Source: a candidate division WOR-3 bacterium
GTDB lineage: Bacteria; Hydrothermota; Hydrothermia; JBDRYB01
Direction of reading: 5' to 3'
DNA: 13,592 nucleotides
Assembly: GCA_049969615.1 (NCBI GenBank)
Contig: JBMFOM010000054.1
Location: forward strand, 1 to 13,592
Shown: piece after piece, positions 7,801 through 13,592 of the stretch
Position numbering within the stretch: the first letter of the stretch is position 1
Layout: every line of letters starts with the position of its first letter
Made by a program: the position numbers and the translations under genes
Notes under the pieces: model-generated
What the model was told of the DNA's origin: nothing
The model's input: the letters and a program-made list of their open reading frames with translations, nothing else
Databases searched by the model: none

Positions 7801-8211
7801 GGATTCTTCCTTGAGCGCCACCCCAAGCTTGCTCCTGTCTCAACCTTCACTGCCGGAATATACCTTGCCGGAGCTTGTCAGGGTCCGAAAGATATTCCGG
7901 ACTCCGTTGCTCAGGCCGGAGCGGCCGCCGGTGAGGTTTTGGCGATGGTTGACAAAGGATACATAGAGCTTGAACCCATCAAGGCTCACATAGATGCAGA
8001 TGACTGTTCGGGTTGCAAGATGTGCAACGGTCTCTGCCCCTATGACGCGATAACCTACGACAAGGAAAAGAAGATCTCGGAGATAAACGAGGTCCTCTGC
8101 GAGGGCTGTGGAACCTGTGTTGCGGCTTGTCCCTCCGGAGCAATTGACCAGGACCTCTTTGAGAATGAGGAGCTCCTTTACGAGATAGAAGGAGTGTTGA
8201 AGTATGTATGA
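4828..8211 (+). CDS. hdrA: Heterodisulfide reductase subunit A with an inserted GltD/NfnB-like FAD/NAD(P)H oxidoreductase module (HdrL-type)
   Basis: HdrA motifs GVYVCHCG, YMCS, ASCSP, NIREH, GGGIAG, DKTFPTLDCAACIL, HCVGSR, YCSRVCCMYSLK, YIDMR and a C-terminal 2x CxxCxxCxxxCP. The insert carries PPCQAACP, CGWVCTHPCTDAC, GGGPAG, IPDYRLP, GGGLVAVDVAR and FAGGD. Confidence 0.93.
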   Translation: MSDKGNGKLPRIGVYVCHCGLNIANVVDVEAVAEFAGKLPGVVLSKTYKYMCSDPGLEMIKAEIKEHNLERVVVASCSPLLHEHTFRQAIQEGGILNPYLYTHANIREHVSWVHASEPAKATEKAKALVAAAVRRVSSHKPLERKRVDVNPDVLVLGGGIAGIHASLVMADSGKKVYLVEREPSIGGHMAKFDKTFPTLDCAACILTPKMAQVGTHSNIELLTYSEVKSVEGYVGNFKVKVLKKSRHLYLNKCTACGECAKVCPVEIPSGFDEGLGKRKATYRPFPQAVPNKYVIERLGYPPCQAACPIHQNAYGYMMMVKEGKFAEALDVVLRDNPLPSLCGWVCTHPCTDACTRGKVDAPLNMPGIKRFIADHAGDFVLPMPKDLKENGKKVAIVGGGPAGLTAAYEMRKRGYKVTIYEAADLLGGMPALTIPDYRLPKEVLKKDVDRIVATGVEVKLNTALGKDITLSDLRNSYDAVFLATGAPKDRRLGVSGEDNKSVIPGLDFLLRVNSGNKPDIGKKVVVIGGGLVAVDVARTAVRLGADVTLVCIESWEEMFARRTSEGRKEVDQMIAEGVEVLTRWGPKEFKTKGVELKSVLRVFDETGRFSPQYDESKTQLIQCDTAIVAIGQSVHSELFAKEGLALTSWGTLDVDPVTLQTNIDNVFAGGDILGPDVVVTAMMAGKKAAESIDRFLNGKNLYENRELEGPFDGIARAIDFDRVEKKPAIRMPEREPSVRTRDFNDVHSTYSPEDAQKEASRCLQCSICCDCQLCKPACPVDGCIDYDIPDEEIELNVGAIVVATGFKAFDPKRIPSYGYGRYPEVYTSLEIERLVNSSGPTEGKLVMKNGQPPKSVAVVHCVGSRDKNYNEYCSRVCCMYSLKLAHLVHERTGAEVYNFYIDMRTPGKGYEEFYHRLLDEGVHFIRGRVAEITDWAVEPEEKGKLVVRVEDTMSGIVRRIPVDMVILSVGLEAQPDAQDLRRLLNLSCSSEGFFLERHPKLAPVSTFTAGIYLAGACQGPKDIPDSVAQAGAAAGEVLAMVDKGYIELEPIKAHIDADDCSGCKMCNGLCPYDAITYDKEKKISEINEVLCEGCGTCVAACPSGAIDQDLFENEELLYEIEGVLKYV

Positions 8212-8647
8212 GCCAAAGATAGTGGCCTTTTTCTGCAACTGGTGCACCTACACGGGCGCTGATCTCGCCGGAGTTTCCCGGATGCAATACGCGCCCAATG
8301 TTAGGATCATCAGGGTGATGTGCTCAGGGAGGGTTGACCCCGAGCTGGTGATGAAGGCCTTCGCTGAGGGTGCTGATGGCGTTTTGATTGGCGGCTGTCA
8401 CCCCGGGGATTGCCATTACCAGTCGGGGAACCACAAGACCTTTAGGAGATACAAGTTCCTGAAGGCCATTCTTCCTCAATATGGGGTGGACCCTGAGCGC
8501 CTGCATCTGGAATGGATATCCGCCTCAGAGGGCGACAAGGTAAGGGACACGGTCAACGCTTTCACTGATAGGATCAGGAAACTTGGCCCCTGCACCATAA
8601 GGGATACCCTCAACGCCTTGAGGACAGAGGAGGTTCACCATGGCTGA
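8204..8647 (+). CDS. mvhD: Hydrogenase [2Fe-2S] adaptor subunit MvhD (FlpD family)
   Basis: FFCNWCTYTGADLAG, RVMCSGRV, GGCHPGDCHY, WISASEG; overlaps the hdrA stop by 8 bp. Confidence 0.95.
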   Translation: MYEPKIVAFFCNWCTYTGADLAGVSRMQYAPNVRIIRVMCSGRVDPELVMKAFAEGADGVLIGGCHPGDCHYQSGNHKTFRRYKFLKAILPQYGVDPERLHLEWISASEGDKVRDTVNAFTDRIRKLGPCTIRDTLNALRTEEVHHG

Positions 8648-9680
8648 CAAACCCTGGGTTGCTTTCTACTGGTGCGGTTCCTGCGGAGGATGCGAGGAGG
8701 CTGTTGTTGACCTCGCGGAGAAGATCCTTGATGTCGTGAACGCGGTCAACATCGGCTTCTGGCCAGTGGCTCTGGACTTCAAGAAGTCCGATGTTGAGGA
8801 AAAGCCCGATGGCTTCTTCGCGGTGTCCTTCATAAACGGGACCATAGAGTCGGACGAGCACAGGGAGATAGTTGAGCTCCTCAGGCGCAAGTCCGGCCTA
8901 GTTGTCGCGTTCGGAAGTTGTTCCCACATGGGCGGGATACCTAGCCTCAGGAACCTCTATGATGTCAACGATTGCGTTGACTACGCCTATAGGAAGACCG
9001 TCTCAACAGTGAATCCCGATGGCGCGCTTCCTCTTCCTCGCTACAGGCACCCCTCCGGCCACGAGACCACGACCATGAACCTTGAGCCAACTGGAAAGGC
9101 GCTTGACCAGGTAATAGATGTTGATTACTACTTGCCTGGTTGTTCGGTTCCAAAACACCTCATCCTGGACGCGGTGATGGCGATACTGAGCGGAAGCCTT
9201 CCCCCGAAGGGAAGCGTTCTCTCGCCATCAAAGGCCCTCTGCTCGGTTTGCCCGAGGCAGGAGACCAAGCCCGAGAAGATGCAGATCAAGGACATAAAAC
9301 GCCACCACCTCTCTGAGGATGACGGTACTTGCTTCAACGCTCAGGGCATGATATGCATGGGGCCTGCGACCCGCTCCGGCTGTGGCGACCCAGCCAAGGA
9401 CAACGCCCCAAGGTGCATCCTGGTCAATATGCCCTGCCACGGGTGCTTTGGTCCGCCGGATGGCACCCTGGACCAGGGCATGGCTATGCTCTCCGCGATA
9501 GCCTCGGGGCTTGACTATACCCCTGATGAGGAGGCTGAGCTGGACAAGATCATAAAGAAGCTTGGCGATGTTGCCGGGACATTCTACATGTTCAGCACAG
9601 CGAAATCCCTCATCCACGGCAGACCCTCTGGTGGCGGAAAGGAGAAACCCGCAGAGGTTCTGAAGGAAGGAGGCGCATGA
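8640..9680 (+). CDS. mvhG: Group 3c [NiFe]-hydrogenase small subunit MvhG
   Basis: CGSCGGC, FGSCSHMGGIP, YLPGC, CSVCP, CFNAQGMICMGPATRSGC, PCHGCFGP; GGAGG RBS. Confidence 0.92.
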   Translation: MADKPWVAFYWCGSCGGCEEAVVDLAEKILDVVNAVNIGFWPVALDFKKSDVEEKPDGFFAVSFINGTIESDEHREIVELLRRKSGLVVAFGSCSHMGGIPSLRNLYDVNDCVDYAYRKTVSTVNPDGALPLPRYRHPSGHETTTMNLEPTGKALDQVIDVDYYLPGCSVPKHLILDAVMAILSGSLPPKGSVLSPSKALCSVCPRQETKPEKMQIKDIKRHHLSEDDGTCFNAQGMICMGPATRSGCGDPAKDNAPRCILVNMPCHGCFGPPDGTLDQGMAMLSAIASGLDYTPDEEAELDKIIKKLGDVAGTFYMFSTAKSLIHGRPSGGGKEKPAEVLKEGGA

Positions 9681-11146
9681 TGGCAAAGAAAGTCGTTATT
9701 GATCCCATAACCCGTCTTGAGGGCCACGGAAAGGTTGAGATATTCCTTGATGATTCGGGGAATGTTGAGCACGCTTATTTCGTAATACCCGAATTCCGGG
9801 GCTTTGAGAGGTTCTCCATTGGCCGCAAGGTTGAAGACATGCCCTGGATAACCCCTCGTCTCTGTGGCGTTTGCCCGACCGCTCACCACATGGTATCCGC
9901 GAAGGTCTGTGACGCTGTCTATAAGGTGACCCCACCCCTCCCGGCCATAAAGATACGACGGCTCTACTACAATATGTTCATGTTTGAGGACCACCTCATC
10001 CACTTCTACTACCTCGGTGGCCCTGATTTCATCGTGGGACCGACCGCGCCAAAGGCTGAGCGAAACATCCTCGGTGTCATAGGCAAGGTCGGCCTGGAGG
10101 TTGCTGGCCAGCTCATAGCCATGCGCAAGGAGGTCCGGCAGTTGATGGAAGACATAGGCGGGAGGGTTATCCACCCCGTGTTCGCCATAGCCGGAGGCAT
10201 AACCAAGCCCCTTGACAAGGACATCGTTGAGAGGCTGAAGGTCATGGCCGAGCACGCGGTCGGGTTCGCGGACTTCACCATCAAGGCCTTCCACGACATC
10301 GTTCTCGGCAACAAGGAGTATGTGGACATTATCCTGAACGGGCCATATTATTCCGTGACGAACCACATGGGCTTGGTTGACGAGAACAACAAGGTTGAGT
10401 TCTACGATGGGCCCGTTAGGGTCGTGGACACGAAGGGCAAGGAGCTCTACAAGTTCCAGCACCACGAATACACTGAATACATCGGCGAGCATGTTGAGCC
10501 GTGGACATGGATGAAGTTCCCCTTCCTGAAGAAGATGGGTTGGAAGGGATTCGTTGATGGCGAGGGCACTTCACTGTACCGAGTGGCTCCCCTCGCGAGG
10601 CTCAACGCGTCCGATGGCATGAGGACTCCAAAGGCCCAGGAGGAATACGAGAAGCTCTATGAGACCCTTGGTGGCAAGCCAGCCCAGCACTCCCTCGCGT
10701 TCCATTGGGCACGGGTGATTGAGGTGATGCAGGCCGCTGAGGACATGGTCGCGCTCGCCAACGATCCGGACATCCTTGACCCGAATGTGAGGACAATACC
10801 TACCGAGACCCCGTCCGAGGGCGTGGGCATAATAGAGGCCCCCAGAGGAACCCTCATTCACCACTACAAGACGGATGCTAATGGCATAGTTGAGGACGCG
10901 AACCTCATAGTAGCGACCGCGCACAACGAGGCGGTCATAGCCATGGAGATAGACAAGGCCGCGAAGGCGCTGATCAAGGACGGCAAGGTTGACGATGGCT
11001 TGCTGAACATGGTGGAGATGGCCTTTAGGCCATATGACCCCTGCCACGCGTGCGCGACCCACTCCCTCCCCGGCCAGATGCCCCTGAAGATCACCCTCCG
11101 ACGTTCCTCTGACGGTGAGATCATAGATGTGATACAGAGAGACTGA
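9677..11146 (+). CDS. mvhA: Group 3c [NiFe]-hydrogenase large subunit MvhA
   Basis: IDPITRLEGHG, FRGFE, L1 RLCGVC (9857-9874), EAPRGTLIHHY, L2 YDPCHACATH followed by a 27-aa extension. The second ATG (9680) is better spaced from GGAGG (9669-9673). Confidence 0.95.
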   Translation: MMAKKVVIDPITRLEGHGKVEIFLDDSGNVEHAYFVIPEFRGFERFSIGRKVEDMPWITPRLCGVCPTAHHMVSAKVCDAVYKVTPPLPAIKIRRLYYNMFMFEDHLIHFYYLGGPDFIVGPTAPKAERNILGVIGKVGLEVAGQLIAMRKEVRQLMEDIGGRVIHPVFAIAGGITKPLDKDIVERLKVMAEHAVGFADFTIKAFHDIVLGNKEYVDIILNGPYYSVTNHMGLVDENNKVEFYDGPVRVVDTKGKELYKFQHHEYTEYIGEHVEPWTWMKFPFLKKMGWKGFVDGEGTSLYRVAPLARLNASDGMRTPKAQEEYEKLYETLGGKPAQHSLAFHWARVIEVMQAAEDMVALANDPDILDPNVRTIPTETPSEGVGIIEAPRGTLIHHYKTDANGIVEDANLIVATAHNEAVIAMEIDKAAKALIKDGKVDDGLLNMVEMAFRPYDPCHACATHSLPGQMPLKITLRRSSDGEIIDVIQRD

Positions 11147-11167
11147 ATCTTCCTTTGGAGATGAAAT

Positions 11168-11196
11168 GGCCCCGGCGGTCTCCCGCCGGGGTTTTT
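11168..11196 (+). terminator. Rho-independent terminator of the hdr-mvh operon
   Basis: Stem CCCCGGCGG (11170-11178), loop TCTC, stem CCGCCGGGG (11183-11191), then TTTTT; about 20 nt after the mvhA stop. Confidence 0.88.
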
Positions 11197-11229
11197 GATC
11201 CGGTCGTTAGCCCCCTGCTGATCTTGACT

Positions 11230-11259
11230 TTGTCTGGCCACGCGCTCCTGCCTTAAAAT
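11230..11259 (+). promoter_or_regulatory. Putative sigma70 promoter giving a leaderless fic transcript
   Basis: TTGTCT (11230-11235), 18-bp spacer, TAAAAT (11254-11259), 6 nt before GTG 11266; no SD. Confidence 0.5.
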
Positions 11260-11265
11260 TATCAA

Positions 11266-12300
11266 GTGCTCAAGCCAGTTTTCACCCTCACGCCATCAAT
11301 AGTGGATAACCTGCTCGCGGTTGAACGGGTCAGGGGATTTCTGGAGGCCCTCACGATGAGAGAGCACATCTTGGCTGAGATGCAAACCGAGGCCCTCATC
11401 CGGGATGTGCACGCGTCAACCCACATTGAGGGAACCCAGTTGACCCTGGAGGAGACCAGGGCCATTCTTGAGGGCAGGGAGGTGACGGGCGCGTCAAAGA
11501 AGGACATCAAAGAGGTCATTAATTACCGGAAGGCCCTTGATTTTGCCGCCAGCCAGTTGAATTCCCCGGAGGCCATAACCGAGGATCTGATAAAAGAGAT
11601 ACACGCGCGAATAACCGAGGGTTTTCCCGAGGCAAAGCCCGGACAATACCGAAAGGTTCAGAATTACATAGTTAGCTCCGAGACCAACGAGATCATATAC
11701 ACCCCTCCGCCATACTACGAGGTCCCATACATGATGAAGGACATGGTGGAGTGGTTGAACACACAGGAGGGACTTTCTCCGATCCTGGTCGCCGGGGTTT
11801 CTCAGTTCCAGCTGGTTCACATACATCCCTTTGTTGATGGCAACGGCCGGACAGCGAGGGTTCTCGCCACACTCATACTCTACAAGACCGGCTATGATTT
11901 CAAACGTCTTTTTGCGCTCTCGGAATACTATGACACGGATAGACGCAGATACTACAAGGCATTGCAACTTGTCCGAAAATATGACATGGACATGACTCCA
12001 TGGCTGGAATACTTTACCGAGGGCCTCCGCACTCAACTGCTTGAGATACGAAAGAGGGGTCTTGAGTTCATAAGGGATTCGGTCGTCGCAGAGCACCTTC
12101 AGGGGTTTCGCCTCAATGGGCGGCAAAAGGCCTGCATCCAGTATCTTGAGGAGCGTGGTCACATAACTAGGGCCGAATATGTTGAGCTGACCGGCGCCTC
12201 CCTGAGAACCGCGAACTATGACCTGAAGGAGCTGGAGGACACAGGCCTGGTCAAGCGCGTTGGTGGGGGAAGGTCAACCAGGTATGTTCTGAATTTGTAG
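11266..12300 (+). CDS. Fic family protein (class II, N-terminal inhibitory motif) with C-terminal winged HTH
   Basis: Catalytic HPFVDGNGRTAR (11824-11859); (S/T)xxxE(G/N) motif STHIEG (11416-11433); YYKAL; C-terminal ITRAEYVELTGASLRTANYDLKEL...GGGRSTRY. Confidence 0.93.
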   Translation: MLKPVFTLTPSIVDNLLAVERVRGFLEALTMREHILAEMQTEALIRDVHASTHIEGTQLTLEETRAILEGREVTGASKKDIKEVINYRKALDFAASQLNSPEAITEDLIKEIHARITEGFPEAKPGQYRKVQNYIVSSETNEIIYTPPPYYEVPYMMKDMVEWLNTQEGLSPILVAGVSQFQLVHIHPFVDGNGRTARVLATLILYKTGYDFKRLFALSEYYDTDRRRYYKALQLVRKYDMDMTPWLEYFTEGLRTQLLEIRKRGLEFIRDSVVAEHLQGFRLNGRQKACIQYLEERGHITRAEYVELTGASLRTANYDLKELEDTGLVKRVGGGRSTRYVLNL

Positions 12301-12306
12301 AGCGCT

Positions 12307-12768
12307 CTATTGCACCCCCAAAGCCTCTTTTAGCGCTTTTAGCTTTGCCTTTCCGAAACCCGGAACCCCCTCAAGCCGCCCTTCCTTCAGCACAACAATG
12401 AGCTCCTCCGGCCCCTTGATACCCAGTTCGTCGTGCAGTCTGCGCGCTGTTGCTGGGCCAACCCCCTTGATCCTCATCAAAGCCATTGCCCCTTCTGGCA
12501 CCAGGGACATTAGCTCTCCGTGTTTCTTTATCTCCCCTGTATCAATGTATTCGGCTATCTTGGTCGCTATTGCCGGGCCTATTCCCTTGATGGAGAGCAG
12601 GCCTTGTTTGCCCTCCTTCTTGTAGAACTCACTTATGTCCCCCGGGAAGTTCTTTATTATCTCATATGCGGTTCGGTATGCCCTGGCAATGAACTGGTCC
12701 TCGCCGAGGTACAGGGTTGCTTGCGCCATTTCCCAGAAGATCCTGGCCAGAAGCAGGTTTGAACTCAC
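12307..12768 (-). CDS. Helix-hairpin-helix protein equivalent to the N-terminal (8-kDa/lyase + fingers) part of DNA polymerase X; lacks palm, thumb and PHP domains
   Basis: N..LA.IF.EMA....GE..F.ARAYR, IKGIGPAIATKIAEYIDTG, IKGVGPATARRLHDELGI, VPGFGK; ends before the GSxRR palm motif; GTG start with an AGGGG RBS-like site. Confidence 0.85.
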   Translation of the reverse strand: MSSNLLLARIFWEMAQATLYLGEDQFIARAYRTAYEIIKNFPGDISEFYKKEGKQGLLSIKGIGPAIATKIAEYIDTGEIKKHGELMSLVPEGAMALMRIKGVGPATARRLHDELGIKGPEELIVVLKEGRLEGVPGFGKAKLKALKEALGVQ

Positions 12769-12777
12769 CGGTTACCC

Positions 12778-13592
12778 CTATTTCAATAGATAGATCTTGT
12801 TACTCCCCTGCGCGGAGGCAAAGGCCGTAGCGTGGCCGGTCGGAGCGATCAGATTTATTGCAAATGGCGTCAGAGCGCTCCCAAGCACTTCCAGGCCGTC
12901 AACGCTAATGGATGTGACCCCGTCATCACACCCAACCAGGATCAGCTCGGTGTCCGGGCTAACCGCTATGGTGCTTGCTCCAGAAATGATTATGCTCGGC
13001 AGTTTCCCGGTTGAGGGGGACACAGGACACACCCCCGGCTTGCTGGTAACGAGAAATCTGTAGCCGTCCCAGGCTATAATGCGTGGATACTGGTCAATAC
13101 CCCAGCTGTTCCGAAAGGTTCCGTCATCATCCAGCCTGTATAGGGTGCCCCCGGAGAAATCTGTGGCGAGTATGCCGTATCCCGGGACATATGCCATGCC
13201 ACCGACGATCCCCGGCGTTATGCCGGATTGCGTCTCGGTGACCTCACCGTTTGAGATATTCATCCTGTAAAGCCTGCCCGTGCTGTCAGATATGTGATAT
13301 ATTGCTCCTGGACCCAATGCCATGGGACCCCAGTCAGCGTCGCCAACCAGCGCGTAATTCGCGTCAACTGAGTGGTTTGGTATGTTGATTATGGTCATGT
13401 ATGAGGTGTCCGCGTATGGCCCAGAAAAAGACAGGTAGAGTTTTCCGGTGCCCATTACTGCACCGGAGAGATCAAGTTCATTGTGGCCCAGTGATATGTA
13501 GGCTATTTCGGAAAGATCAGAAGCATTGTAGAAACCCGTGATCCACTGATTGGTATTGTCCTTGAAAACGACCAGGAGTAGGCCGCCGGATG
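12778..13592 (-). CDS. Beta-propeller-like (YncE/SMP-30/WD40-like) protein, 5'-partial
   Basis: Repeated beta-rich units (GPMALGPGAIY, GGMAYVPGYGILATD..GTLYRL, PRIIAWDG, TIAVSPD, SNKIYLL). The frame stays open from ATG 13455 to the window edge (...SGGLLLVVFKDNTNQWITGFYNASDLSEIAYISLGHNELDLSGAV), so the true start is probably outside the window. Confidence 0.6.
   Translation of the reverse strand, partial: SGGLLLVVFKDNTNQWITGFYNASDLSEIAYISLGHNELDLSGAVMGTGKLYLSFSGPYADTSYMTIINIPNHSVDANYALVGDADWGPMALGPGAIYHISDSTGRLYRMNISNGEVTETQSGITPGIVGGMAYVPGYGILATDFSGGTLYRLDDDGTFRNSWGIDQYPRIIAWDGYRFLVTSKPGVCPVSPSTGKLPSIIISGASTIAVSPDTELILVGCDDGVTSISVDGLEVLGSALTPFAINLIAPTGHATAFASAQGSNKIYLLK

Noticed and set aside
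9584..10492. 302-aa antisense ORF over mvhG/mvhA
   Set aside because: Typical antisense-frame shadow caused by codon bias; no recognisable domain.
3375..11146. Selenocysteine recoding in Hdr/Mvh subunits
   Set aside because: All expected ligand positions are Cys codons, and the TGA codons fall at normal protein ends.
11494..12162. 222-aa minus-strand ORF as a possible continuation of polX
   Set aside because: No GSxRR/DxD palm or PHP motifs; it lies antisense to fic.

Overview
Chromosomal segment from a probable anaerobic bacterium (sigma70-type promoters, Shine-Dalgarno sites, about 50-58% GC in hand-counted samples). The core is a tightly coupled six-gene operon, hdrC-hdrB-hdrA-mvhD-mvhG-mvhA (3375-11146), encoding a heterodisulfide reductase-like complex plus a group 3c [NiFe]-hydrogenase and closed by an intrinsic terminator. 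The HdrA is oversized (1127 aa): a complete GltD/NfnB-like flavin/NAD(P)H module is inserted inside its first ferredoxin domain (HdrL-type architecture), which is the most notable feature. Upstream are three envelope genes: a tandem SIMPL/DUF541 protein, a CPBP intramembrane protease and an uncharacterised lipoprotein. Downstream are a probably leaderless class II Fic-wHTH gene, a convergent stand-alone PolX N-terminal HhH protein, and a 5'-truncated beta-propeller-like gene. No rRNA, tRNA, CRISPR array or transposase was seen.
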